A DNA stretch of 64,000 nucleotides from Vulcanimicrobiota bacterium. Lineage in GTDB: Bacteria; Vulcanimicrobiota; Vulcanimicrobiia; Vulcanimicrobiales; Vulcanimicrobiaceae. The translations under genes were made by a program, and so were the position numbers. Location of the stretch: contig CAWCIZ010000002.1 in the NCBI GenBank assembly GCA_963795855.1, positions 576,001 to 640,000 of the forward strand, in the 5' to 3' direction. The notes under the pieces are model-generated. The model was not told where the DNA came from and did no database searches. It worked only from the letters and a program-made list of their open reading frames with translations. Of the stretch, positions 40,902-50,351 are shown piece after piece (the first letter of the stretch is position 1; each line of letters opens with the position of its first letter).

Positions 40902-41807
40902 ATGCAACAGACGACTAGACAACTTCACGAATTACGGCGTCAGCCTGCGCCCGCCGGCCGCTGCCAACCGCTCGCAGTCTTCGACGGTTTACTTTGGACG
41001 GGCTCGTGGGACACGGATCGAATCTACGGGATCGATCCCAACACTTGGAGCGTTGTACAGGAAGTCTCGGCTCCTGGAAAACCGTACGGTATCGCGACGC
41101 TAAGCGACGCGCTGCATATCGTCGTTTCCGACGGCGGAGAGGAAGACGATCGCTATATCTATCGCTACGTTCCGCTCGAGGGCTTTGTTGCGGAAAGTAA
41201 GACGCCATGTCCGCAGATGACGGGATCGCACCTGACCTCGGACGGCAAGCGACTCTACCTCGGACAAGCCCACGAACGCCGAATCGTCACACTGGACGCG
41301 GCGTACGGTATCACCGCCGCGTTTGGCCTGTCGACCCGCACCGGGGGATTCGGTTTCGGACCCGAGGGCAAGCTTTATTTCATCGCTGCCGATGAGGATT
41401 TCGACAACCTCAAGTTTGGAACGCTCGAGTTGAAAACCGGCGATTCTGCATTCGAAGCGATCGCGACGATGGACCCGGGATTTCGGTCGCTCGCGTTCGA
41501 CGGCTCCGTATGGTACACATCTGACCGCGAAGACGGCGAGATCGTCACCTTCACCGTTGTTAGGGAATTAGTCGCCGGAGTAATCGCCGTTAGCACCGGA
41601 GTTATAATTCGGCGCCGAATTTATCCAGCGAGCGCCGAGTTTCGCGTAATCGGCCGTACCCACGCCTACCATGCTGTCGCCCGCGTGCAGAGTACCATGC
41701 GGGGCGACGCAAGTTCGACGATGCACGCACTTTTCTGCGCGCTCGACTCAGCGTGTACGAAAAACAGCTGCGGTAGTGGGTGCGTCGGGGTCGAAAACGA
41801 TTCGTAA
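40902..41807 (+). CDS. Hypothetical beta-propeller protein (glutamine cyclotransferase-like); true 3' end probably near 41570
   Basis: PAPAGRCQPLA..LWTGSWDT, APGKPYGIA, SLAFDGSVW repeats. Confidence 0.6.
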   Translation: MQQTTRQLHELRRQPAPAGRCQPLAVFDGLLWTGSWDTDRIYGIDPNTWSVVQEVSAPGKPYGIATLSDALHIVVSDGGEEDDRYIYRYVPLEGFVAESKTPCPQMTGSHLTSDGKRLYLGQAHERRIVTLDAAYGITAAFGLSTRTGGFGFGPEGKLYFIAADEDFDNLKFGTLELKTGDSAFEAIATMDPGFRSLAFDGSVWYTSDREDGEIVTFTVVRELVAGVIAVSTGVIIRRRIYPASAEFRVIGRTHAYHAVARVQSTMRGDASSTMHALFCALDSACTKNSCGSGCVGVENDS

Positions 41808-42590
41808 CACATACGTACCGGCCTGCGGCGTACAGTAGATCGTCTTCGGATAATACAATGTGTTACGAGCGGCATCGATACCGGTGCGATCGATGTCTGC
41901 GTTCCCGCTAGAAAGGACCACGCGCGCGTCAGAGGCGCGTCCATGCGCATCGATCGTCACGCGTACGTAGGTGATTCCGGGGCCGAATCCGGAAGATCGC
42001 GCGCTCATCGGATATGGCGGCGCGGCCCACGTTTTTAGCGTGGCGTCTTGATAGTAAGGCATGCGGCACTCCGCGTCAGCGGCAGTGTCGGCATCGGACA
42101 CCCACGTTGCGACATCCGGCGGCACCTGCTGCCCGGACTGTTTGTACGCCATCGCGACGTAGCGCAGAAATTTCGCGAGGAAGATATTGTTTGCGGGCAT
42201 GACGTCGTGCAAATCGCGCAGTCGTTGGGTCATCGCGTTCACGAGCGGCTGCGAGACGCGCTCAACCTTCGTCTCTTCCTCATACCAATATGCGGCGAGC
42301 ATATCGTACGGAAGCTTTATATCATCGCCGCAAGTGGGCAGTGTGGCATGAAAGTCGAGGCCGATATCATCGAACGTCTTCGCCGTTTGCTGCACTGCCG
42401 CATTAAGAGCCTGTGCTGATGGCGCCAGAGACTTATACTGCCAGAGCAGTTCGTAGCTGTGAGATGTCGCTTTGCCGATGGTGTAACACGCGGGCGCGGC
42501 GCTCGCGCGCGAAGATGCGAAGAGTGCCAGCATCATACACGTTGCGCTAACGAGAACGAAGCGCGAGGTTTTTAGGGTGTGTGTTTCCAT
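41748..42590 (-). CDS. Secreted protein with TonB C-terminal-like domain
   Basis: Signal peptide; PPYPMSAR..G..VRVTIDAHGR..ARVVLSSGNADIDRTGIDAAR..YYP. Confidence 0.7.
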   Translation of the reverse strand: METHTLKTSRFVLVSATCMMLALFASSRASAAPACYTIGKATSHSYELLWQYKSLAPSAQALNAAVQQTAKTFDDIGLDFHATLPTCGDDIKLPYDMLAAYWYEEETKVERVSQPLVNAMTQRLRDLHDVMPANNIFLAKFLRYVAMAYKQSGQQVPPDVATWVSDADTAADAECRMPYYQDATLKTWAAPPYPMSARSSGFGPGITYVRVTIDAHGRASDARVVLSSGNADIDRTGIDAARNTLYYPKTIYCTPQAGTYVLRIVFDPDAPTTAAVFRTR

Positions 42591-42659
42591 TCTCAGCTCG
42601 CCTCTCCATGCATTCGACACCAGACCGCATTTTGCCGCCTAGGTGCATCAGAAACGAAA

Positions 42660-42689
42660 TAGTTCAATGAATCGAAGTTCATTGAACTA
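42660..42689 (-). terminator. Intrinsic terminator of tmRNA
   Basis: TAGTTCAATGAA-CTTCGA-TTCATTGAACTA 12-bp stem followed by TTTCGTTTCT on - strand. Confidence 0.8.
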
Positions 42690-42700
42690 AAGCAGAAAAT

Positions 42701-43056
42701 TGGTGGAGCTGTCGGGGTACTGCCCCCCCGAGTCCGAAAAGGCGGACCAGCGCTTTCTCCAGGCTCAGCTTCGAATTTGACTTACTCGAACGCACGCCCC
42801 GAAGCCGGGCTTATCGTTCGCAGCAGACCCTTTCTCTTACATACGCGTCGAGTCGATCGCGTATGCCAGCCCGAGTTCATGACCGGAAGGCGAAGTGGTT
42901 CGGGCCGACTCTTCACCGCCGGTGGCTAGCTTAGATTAAGCAGCCAGTGCGTATTCAGTGTTCGCGTGTATAACGCTTGCGATCGTTTTAGGAGTGCTCG
43001 CAACTCCGCCTGCTTACGTTGACCGCGGACCTTCCCGTCGAACCTATTTCAGCCCC
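42701..43056 (-). ncRNA. ssrA: tmRNA, one-piece, tag (A)ANTEYALAA
   Basis: 5' GGGGCTGAAATAGGTTCGAC; 3' CAGCTCCACCA with G3:U pair; internal GCG AAC ACT GAA TAC GCA CTG GCT GCT TAA; 356 nt. Confidence 0.96.
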
Positions 43057-43066
43057 GCGTCCAGAG

Positions 43067-43075
43067 AGTATAACA
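43067..43075 (-). promoter_or_regulatory. Extended -10 promoter of ssrA
   Basis: TGTTATACT 10 nt upstream of mature 5' end. Confidence 0.6.
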
Positions 43076-43161
43076 CGGCTTCGCAAGGCTTGGTTGCATG
43101 GTGGCTCCGGGGCAGGCGTGGGTATATTCGCCGGTACCCACCTCCGAATTAAGGAGCAACC

Positions 43162-43644
43162 ATGCGAACGGTCCTCGCGTTGACCATCGCGCTAGCCCTG
43201 CTCGCCCCCGCGGCGGCGCCGGCTGCGCAAAACTCGTCAACAGATCTCAGCCAAATGGTGAGCGCGTACCAGCGTGTCCAAGTCGTCCGGGTGATCGAGC
43301 GATTCGAAAACGGCGCGGTCGCAACCGTAGAAGTCATGCCTTCGGGTCAGTATCGAATCGCGAGCACCGGCGGACAAGATCCCGCGCTTATTGTGAAGCT
43401 CGCGACGCAGCCCGTGCCCGACACAACCGCGCTCGGAACGAACGTGAAATCGCTCGGTACGAAGACGCTCGACGGCGTTAAATCGAGCGGTTATACAATC
43501 GCAACGGCCGACGGGTCGTACACCGCAACGGTGTGGGTGAACGACCATCATCTGCCCGTCAGCGAAGACGTGCAGACGCAAGGACACCGCGTCTCGCTGC
43601 AGTTCGGCGACTACAACAATTCGACGTTAATCGGCGCCCGCTAA
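43162..43644 (+). CDS. Secreted hypothetical protein
   Basis: RBS AAGGAG, signal peptide, LGTKTLDG..YTI..TVWV..LPV..FGDYN beta-rich pattern. Confidence 0.7.
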   Translation: MRTVLALTIALALLAPAAAPAAQNSSTDLSQMVSAYQRVQVVRVIERFENGAVATVEVMPSGQYRIASTGGQDPALIVKLATQPVPDTTALGTNVKSLGTKTLDGVKSSGYTIATADGSYTATVWVNDHHLPVSEDVQTQGHRVSLQFGDYNNSTLIGAR

Positions 43645-43657
43645 CAGGGCGCCTCCT

Positions 43658-45638
43658 TCACTCTTCGAGCGCGGCTTTGACTTGCGCGGCCAAAGCCGGC
43701 GTCATTCCTTTGACTGCCGCGATCTCGTCGACGCCGGCGCGTTTGATGGCTGCGAGCGATCCGAACGCGGTCAGTAAGCGCTTTTTGCGCACGGGACCGA
43801 CGCCGCTCAACGCATCGAGCGCCGAATGCGTCATCGCTTTGGCGCGGCGCTGCCGATGATACGTGACGGCAAAGCGGTGCGCCTCGTCGCGAATGCGCAT
43901 CACCAAGTGCAGCGCGGCGGAGTTGGGGGGCAGAACGATCGGCTCGGACTGTCCGGGCATGTACAGCCACTCGTGTTCTTTCGCGAGTCCAGCAACCGGA
44001 ATGCCGGTCATGTCGAGCTCTTCGAGCACCTCGACGACGGCGTTGAGCTGGCCTTTGCCGCCGTCGATCAGCAGCAAATCGGGCTTCTTGTTGAACTTCT
44101 CTTTTTTTGCGAGCTGCTGCTGCTCGGCGGTTACCTCATTGTCGGTACGCGCGCGCAAATAACGAAGGCGGCGCCGCAGCGTTTCCTGCATCATCGCGAA
44201 ATCGTTCGGGCCTTTGTCGTACTGAATCTTGAATTTTCGATATTCGCTTTTTTTCGCGCGTCCTTCGGTGAATACGACCATCGAACTGACCGGATTCGTC
44301 CCCTGAATGTTCGAAATGTCGTAGCATTCGATGCGGTGCGGCAGTTCGGGCAATTCGAGTGCATGCGCCAGTTCCGCCAGTGAGCGCGCCTGCGCGCTTT
44401 CCTGAACCTCCTGATGCGCAAGAAATGCTTTCAAGTTTTGCTCGGCATTCTTTTGCACGAGGCGCATGTAGTCGGCGCGATCGCCGCGCCGCGGGACGAG
44501 CATTCGGACGCGCACGCCTTTGCTTTCCGTAAGCCAACTTTCGATGACGCTGAAATCTTCGGGAAGAGCTTGCACCAGTATTTCTTTCGGAACGGCGCTT
44601 GCGCTGCCGCGCGATCGCCGCTTCTGGGGCACGGGCGCCTGGTTATCGCGCGCGGCGCGCAGGTGCGCGAGCGGCGAAACGCCCGGCGCTTCCGGGGCCG
44701 CTGCCGTGCGAGCCGTGTAGAACTGCTTTGCAAATTCGCTGAACAGCACCGCGTCGCTCTGCTCGTGCACGCCGTCCAAAATGAAATGTTCCTGGCCGAT
44801 GAGTTTTCCGTCGCGAACCATGAAAACTTGCATGCACGCCTGTCCTTGCGCGCGCGCGACCGCGATGAGATCCATGTCCAAACGCGAGCGCCAGACGACT
44901 TTCTGGCTTTCGGTCACGCGGCGCACCTGCACGATGCGGTCGCGAATGCGTGCGGCCGTTTCGAAATTGTAACTCTCCGCGGCATGCACCATTTCGCCCT
45001 GCATGCGCGTTAGCAGCGATTCTTGCTTGCCTTCGAGGAACAGCACGACTTCCTCGATCATGCCGGAGTAGTCGCCTTCGCTTTGATATCCCACGCAGGG
45101 CGCCAAGCAGTGTTTGATGTGATACTGCAGACATGGACGCCGCCGGCGTCCGTCGATCGGTTCGGGACACGTGCGAATCGGAAAGACCAAGCGCACGAGA
45201 TCGATCAGTTCGCGCAAGCCGTGCGCGTTCGTATACGGGCCGAAGTAGCGCGCGCCGTCATCCTTGACCACGCGAGTAAACAGCACGCGCGGGAACGGTT
45301 CGTTCGTGACCTTCAAATACGGGATAGCGCTTGTCGTCACGCAGCCGCACGTTGTACGGCGGCTGGTACCGCTTGATGAGGTTGGCTTCCAGAATGAGCG
45401 CTTCGACTTCGTTCGTAACGACGATCGTGCGCACGTCGACGACGCGCTCGACCATCGCCTGCGTACGAACGTGATGCGCGGCGCTTTCTTGGAAATACGA
45501 ACGCACGCGGTTGCGCAGCGATACCGCTTTCCCGATGTAGAGCACGTCGCCGTTGCGATCGACCATCATGTAAACGCCAGGAGAGTCGGGCACCTGGCCG
45601 AGCGTCTGGGCAAGCGGCTTGGAGTCGGCCGGAGTCAT
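43658..45638 (-). CDS. uvrC: Excinuclease ABC subunit C; frameshift near 45322
   Basis: PDSPGVY, YIGKAVSLRNRVRSYF, EALILEANLIK, RIECYDISN, PDLLLIDGGKGQL, RDEAHRFA, HhH GVGPVRKK. Confidence 0.95.
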
Positions 45639-45659
45639 CGAGCCTCTATTTCGCGCTTT

Positions 45660-46274
45660 TCACCCGGTTTCCGATTGCGAGCGGCGGGTTTTCACGAAAA
45701 CGAAGACGATCGCGGCCAGCACCGCGATCACGATAATCAACAGCGCGTATTTCTGCACGGCGGCAATGACGGCTTGCGAGTGCGAGCCCAGCGCATTTCC
45801 GGCCAGGATCAACCCGCCGCAGAACAGCAGCGAGCCGCAAAACGTCCAGAAATAAAACGCGCCGAGCGGCATTTCCGCAATGCCGGCCGGAATGCCGACG
45901 ATTCCGCGAATGACCGGAACGAAGCGGCAGATGAATATCGCGAAACGCCCGTAGCGGGTGAAAAACCGCTCCACTTTCTCCATTTCGGCGTGGTGAAAGC
46001 GCACGTATTTACCGTAACGATCGACGAAGGGGCGTCCGCCAAAGCGGCCGACGGCGTAACCGATGCTTTGTCCGGCCAGTTCGGCTACCACGGCGACTGC
46101 AATCGCAAGCCAAACGCTCGACAGAAATCCTTTCGCAGCCATCGCGCCCGCTGCGGGGAGAACGACTTCGCTGCCGATGGGCGCGCCGATATTCGCGAGC
46201 GTCATCACCGCGAACAAGCCGCCGTAGCCGGCGTGATGCAGCAAGTTCAAAAAGAACTCCGTGAAGCCGTGCAC
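45660..46274 (-). CDS. DedA family membrane protein
   Basis: PIGSEVVLPAAG, YAVGRFGGR, RFVPVIRGIVGIPAGIAEMP. Confidence 0.9.
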   Translation of the reverse strand: MHGFTEFFLNLLHHAGYGGLFAVMTLANIGAPIGSEVVLPAAGAMAAKGFLSSVWLAIAVAVVAELAGQSIGYAVGRFGGRPFVDRYGKYVRFHHAEMEKVERFFTRYGRFAIFICRFVPVIRGIVGIPAGIAEMPLGAFYFWTFCGSLLFCGGLILAGNALGSHSQAVIAAVQKYALLIIVIAVLAAIVFVFVKTRRSQSETG

Positions 46275-46283
46275 TTGCGCTTC

Positions 46284-46694
46284 CTATTCGGAGGCCGTCG
46301 CGGTGCTGGTCGACTTGGCTCGACGCAGAATTTCCGCCGCCAAACTGCCGCCTTCGGCCATGATCGCATCCAGCAAGTCGCCGGGTTCGACGGGGCGATC
46401 GCCTGCTTGCGTTTCCGCGAGACTCACGACTTTTCGGACGCGCGGCGTGACGAGAATTCCTTCCCACATGCGATCCTCACCCGTTCCGAGAGCGCGCCGC
46501 GCCTGCGCGTGCACTTCGGAGAGGTCAATCCGTTCCGCGCTCAGACGATCGGAAACGGCGGGGTCCTGCTCCTCGAGCAACGCGACAAGCAGATGTTCGA
46601 CTCCGACGTAGTAATGGTTGTGATTGCGGCACTCTTGTTCGGCCGCGCGCAGCACGCGGCCCGAGGCTGGACTAAACTTTGCGAACAATTTCAC
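46284..46694 (-). CDS. Stand-alone Clp protease N-terminal domain protein
   Basis: FSPASGRVLRAAEQEC..HYYVGVEHLLVALL; second repeat TPRVRKVV..VEPGDLLDAI; no AAA+ domain. Confidence 0.82.
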   Translation of the reverse strand: MKLFAKFSPASGRVLRAAEQECRNHNHYYVGVEHLLVALLEEQDPAVSDRLSAERIDLSEVHAQARRALGTGEDRMWEGILVTPRVRKVVSLAETQAGDRPVEPGDLLDAIMAEGGSLAAEILRRAKSTSTATASE

Positions 46695-46743
46695 GTCCGG
46701 GGCGCACGGCGTTTACGCCGGAGTGCCTGCGATGTGGAGAATA

Positions 46744-46817
46744 TCGGGGCGACTGGATTCGAACCAGCGACCTCTTCGTCCCGAACGAAGCGCTCTACCA
46801 AGCTGAGCCACGCCCCG
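46744..46817 (-). tRNA. tRNA-Pro (anticodon CGG), CCA not encoded
   Basis: CGGGGCGTGGCTCAGCTTGGTAGAGCGCTTCGTTCGGGACGAAGAGGTCGCTGGTTCGAATCCAGTCGCCCCGA cloverleaf. Confidence 0.96.
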
Positions 46818-46920
46818 ACAACAAAAACTCCCATTGGTTCGGGCGGTCGTCCCTCCCTCCTGCAAAGACGCCGATCCGGTGCGGGAAAGTCGTAAAGCGC
46901 TAAGAAGACCCTTCAAACGC

Positions 46921-47604
46921 ATGAGATATCTGATCGTCGGTTGCGGTCGCGTGGGTTCGACCCTCGCCAAGCTCCTCGACGCCGACAGCAACGAAGTCAT
47001 CGTCGTAGATGAAAATCCTTCGGCCTTCAAACGGCTCGGTCAGAAGTTCAAAGGACATGTCGTCGTGGGCACCGGGATAGATTACGACGTGCTCAAACGC
47101 GCCGGCGCTCAGACCGCCGACGGTTTCATTGCCGTAACCAACGGCGACAACCGCAACGTCATGGCCGCTCTCATCGCGCAGCGGATGTTCGGCATAAAAA
47201 AGGTCGTTGCCCGAATCTACGATCCGACGCGCGGTATGATGTATCGGGATTTAGGTATCGAAACCGTTTGTCCGACCACGGTCGGCGCGAAAATGATTCG
47301 CGACATGCTGCTGGAGGCGCCGTGGGATGCGCTGCAGTCGTTCGATTTCGGCAAAGTCACCTCGGTGCGCGCGGTCGTGCGCGCCGCCGATTCCGGCAAA
47401 CGGGTAGCGGAATTCGAACGTCCGGGACGGATCAGGATCGCGGCTGTGCGGACCGGGAAGACCGTGCGCGTGCCCGGCGACGATACTATCCTGAGCGAAG
47501 GCGATGAGATCAACGCGATCGTGGCGCCGGACGGCGTCAGCGAATTCGCGCAGATGTTTCAACTCGATCGCGAACGCGTCGCGGCGTCATCCGGAGGCGC
47601 ATAG
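46921..47604 (+). CDS. trkA: TrkA family potassium uptake NAD-binding protein
   Basis: LIVGCGRVG, AVTNGDNRN, VVARIYDP, C-terminal RCK_C. Confidence 0.88.
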   Translation: MRYLIVGCGRVGSTLAKLLDADSNEVIVVDENPSAFKRLGQKFKGHVVVGTGIDYDVLKRAGAQTADGFIAVTNGDNRNVMAALIAQRMFGIKKVVARIYDPTRGMMYRDLGIETVCPTTVGAKMIRDMLLEAPWDALQSFDFGKVTSVRAVVRAADSGKRVAEFERPGRIRIAAVRTGKTVRVPGDDTILSEGDEINAIVAPDGVSEFAQMFQLDRERVAASSGGA

Positions 47605-47605
47605 C

Positions 47606-48028
47606 GTGTTCGTCCTGATCGTCGGCGGCGGGAAAGTCGGTTCGTATCTGACGCGCGCGCTCCTGAAGCAAGGCCACGAAGTCGTCATGGTCGAGAAAGA
47701 GGAACGCAAGGCGCGTATGCTCGAGCAAATGATCGAGCAAAAAGTCACCGTCGTCGGGGACGGCTGCGATCCGCTCGTCCTGGAACAAGGCGGGTTGGCC
47801 CGCGCCGACGTCGTGGTCGCAGATACGGGCGACGACGAAGACAACTTGGTCGTTTGCTTGATCGCGAAAAAAAAGAACGCCGTCGCGCGCTGCATTGCAC
47901 GCGTCAACAACCCCGCGAACAAGATGATTTTTGATTCGCTCGACCGGAGCAACCCGGTTTCGATCATTTCGTCCACGGAGATCATCCTGGACGTCATCAG
48001 CAAACAGATCAGCGAACCGGTTCCCTAG
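47606..48028 (+). CDS. Second TrkA-like protein, RCK_N domain only
   Basis: LIVGGGKVG, GDGCDP, TGDDEDNLVVCL, IARVNNP. Confidence 0.85.
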   Translation: MFVLIVGGGKVGSYLTRALLKQGHEVVMVEKEERKARMLEQMIEQKVTVVGDGCDPLVLEQGGLARADVVVADTGDDEDNLVVCLIAKKKNAVARCIARVNNPANKMIFDSLDRSNPVSIISSTEIILDVISKQISEPVP

Positions 48029-48035
48029 ACTCCGT

Positions 48036-49130
48036 TCACAAGTCCAAACGCTGCAAGCGCCACGTCAGCGTGAGCGTGCCCACGAGTATCGTCACGACGA
48101 CGACCGCAAATGTGGCGTCGATTAGCAACGTTCGCTGCGCGATCGCAGCGGGAGTAGCCAACGCCAGTGCGAGGGAAAGTGCGCCGCGAATGCCGGCCAT
48201 GCGTACGACGGTTTGCCAGAGCGGCTTGAGCTGGGCGCGCGCGAATGCGAGCAACCCGTACGAGAGCAGCACTCGGGCAAGCAGAACTGCGGCCAGCGTT
48301 ATCGCCGCCGCCGGTAATACGCGCGCCAATCGCGTGAAATCGAGAGCCGCTCCCACGAGGAAGAACAGAACGAAGTTTGCGGCGAGCGCCGCAGCATCCC
48401 AAAACTTTTCGACGCCCTCGGCGGACGCCACGCTGAGGCGATGGCGTTCTAGTTCGCGAAGCACGATGCCGAAGGTCAGGACGGCGAAGATTCCCGACCA
48501 GCTGAAACGCTCGGCCAAAGCATAGGCGCCGTAAGCGCCGGCGAACGTCGCGAAACTCTGCACTGGCGCGGCAATCTGCTCGCGAAGTGCGAAAGCCGCC
48601 GCAAAGGCGAGCGCGGCGCCAATCGCGATTCCGGCGAACACGCCGACTATTGCTTGCGCGACGGCATGAACGACCGTACCATTCGTTCCCGACAACAGGA
48701 TCGCCGCGACCGTTGCGCGATAGAGCACGACCGCAACGGCATCGTTGAGCAGCGACTCGCTTTCCACGATGGTGGCGAGCTCGCGCGGCACGGGCAGCCG
48801 GCGGAACAACGCAACGACCGCGACCGGATCCGTCGCGCTGAGAATCGCGCCAAGTACGAGCGCGGCACTCCAGCCGAAGCCGCCGGCGTAATGCACGCAC
48901 AGCGCGATCACGACGGCGGTCAGTGCGACGCCTGGAACGGCCAGCAGCACGATCGGCCACGACGCCCTGCGCATCAGATGAAAATCGAGATGCCAGGCGC
49001 CTTCGAAAATCAGCGCAGGAAGAAAGACGTAAAGCGTCGCTTGACCGAAAAGCGTCGTCAACCGGCCCGGAAACGCGACACCGACGGCAATTCCCGCAAT
49101 CAGCAGTGCGGCGATGTGCCACAGCTTCAC
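48036..49130 (-). CDS. Cation:proton antiporter (CPA1/NhaP family)
   Basis: FLPALIFEGA, GAILSATDPVAV, ESESLLNDAVA, GIRGALSLALAL. Confidence 0.92.
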   Translation of the reverse strand: MKLWHIAALLIAGIAVGVAFPGRLTTLFGQATLYVFLPALIFEGAWHLDFHLMRRASWPIVLLAVPGVALTAVVIALCVHYAGGFGWSAALVLGAILSATDPVAVVALFRRLPVPRELATIVESESLLNDAVAVVLYRATVAAILLSGTNGTVVHAVAQAIVGVFAGIAIGAALAFAAAFALREQIAAPVQSFATFAGAYGAYALAERFSWSGIFAVLTFGIVLRELERHRLSVASAEGVEKFWDAAALAANFVLFFLVGAALDFTRLARVLPAAAITLAAVLLARVLLSYGLLAFARAQLKPLWQTVVRMAGIRGALSLALALATPAAIAQRTLLIDATFAVVVVTILVGTLTLTWRLQRLDL

Positions 49131-49142
49131 TGCGGCGCCGCT

Positions 49143-50351
49143 TCAGTGCGTGTGCGTGAAGTTGCCAACGGCGACGCCCGCATCGCGAACGGCGGCCAGC
49201 GCGCGACGCATGCCGACCGGCTGCCGCGGCCGTCCGACCGTTTCGAAATACCATTCCGGATCGATGTTGAGGGTGCGCGTTTGAATCATATCGACGTGAA
49301 TCTCGCTCAGTATCGCCTGCATGACGGCAACTTCTTCTTCGTCGTCCGTGATGCCCGGATGCGTGAGCAAGTTCAGCGATAGGCGCAGTCCCGCGCTCGA
49401 GGCGATGCGCATGGATTGGAAAACGTCGTCGAGATCGTATCCGGCCGGCCGGTAATACGCGGCGTAAGTGTGTGGGCGAAACGAATTCAGGCTAATGCGC
49501 ACCGCCTGGAGCCCGGAGTCGATGCAGCGCTGCAGCGCCGACGGCATGCTGCCGTTCGTATTGAGATTGATCGTGCCGTTACTACACTCTTTGCGAATCA
49601 GTTCGATGGCGCGCGCAATCGTAATCGAACGCAGCAATGGTTCGCCCTCGCAGCCTTGCCCGAAGGAGACGATGCCGTCAGGCACGCGTTGAAGATGGTG
49701 AACCGCGACCCGTGCCAACTCTTCGGCGGACGTTTCGAACGTTATACGCGTCTGGGGCGAAGGCAACGCTGCTTCAGGTTCTTGTTCGGAAATGCAGCCG
49801 ACGCAGCGAGCGTTGCACTTGGGAGAAACGGGAAGCGCGGCCTCGCCGCGTTCGAGGAACACGTTCTGCGCCGTAAAGCAGCCGTACTCGCGCGAGCAGA
49901 GCGCGACTTGGCGCAAAACGCGATTCGCCGGATCCGCCGCGATGCGCCTCTCCAAGAGCGCCTCGAGTTCTCCCTCCGCGAACCGCCGCGGCTGCCAGTC
50001 CTCGCTCTCATCGGTGCGCATCGCCGCAACGTGCAACTGGTCGTCGACGACGCACGCGAAGGTGTAGCCGAAAAGCGGCAGCGATGGTGCATCTGCGTCG
50101 CGAGCGTATGCGGGCAGAAGCAATCGCGTGTACCCCGCGGGAAGCATCGCGGCGAGCGCGTACCGGCGTTTCGCCGTGCCTTCGCGCAGCAGCGGATGGC
50201 GCCCCGGCAAAACCATCGGCACCGTTCCGTCTGGTGCGGGCACGAGTTCGCCGGGCTCGACCGCGCGTACGGCACCGCCGTCAGCGAGCGGTTCCCGATG
50301 CTCGTCGAAATAGATCCGTCCCGCTTTATCGCAGTAGGCAAGCCCGATCAT
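49143..50351 (-). CDS. Uncharacterised radical SAM protein
   Basis: CNARCVGC (CxxxCxxC), SFGQGCEGEP, NLNTNGS; ATG overlaps GNAT stop. Confidence 0.9.
   Translation of the reverse strand: MIGLAYCDKAGRIYFDEHREPLADGGAVRAVEPGELVPAPDGTVPMVLPGRHPLLREGTAKRRYALAAMLPAGYTRLLLPAYARDADAPSLPLFGYTFACVVDDQLHVAAMRTDESEDWQPRRFAEGELEALLERRIAADPANRVLRQVALCSREYGCFTAQNVFLERGEAALPVSPKCNARCVGCISEQEPEAALPSPQTRITFETSAEELARVAVHHLQRVPDGIVSFGQGCEGEPLLRSITIARAIELIRKECSNGTINLNTNGSMPSALQRCIDSGLQAVRISLNSFRPHTYAAYYRPAGYDLDDVFQSMRIASSAGLRLSLNLLTHPGITDDEEEVAVMQAILSEIHVDMIQTRTLNIDPEWYFETVGRPRQPVGMRRALAAVRDAGVAVGNFTHTH

Noticed and set aside
41748..41750. TGA of the TonB-domain gene followed by about 60 open in-frame codons and a small hairpin, as a second Sec candidate
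   Set aside because: No redox-motif context, the hairpin starts too close to UGA and lacks the G-rich SECIS loop; an ordinary stop or local indel is more likely
45300..45340. Programmed frameshift in uvrC
   Set aside because: Just one extra C in TAT CCC G; no slippery heptamer or stimulator, and consistent with the window-wide indel pattern
45264..46895. 543-aa + strand ORF
   Set aside because: Antisense shadow across uvrC, dedA, ClpN and the tRNA
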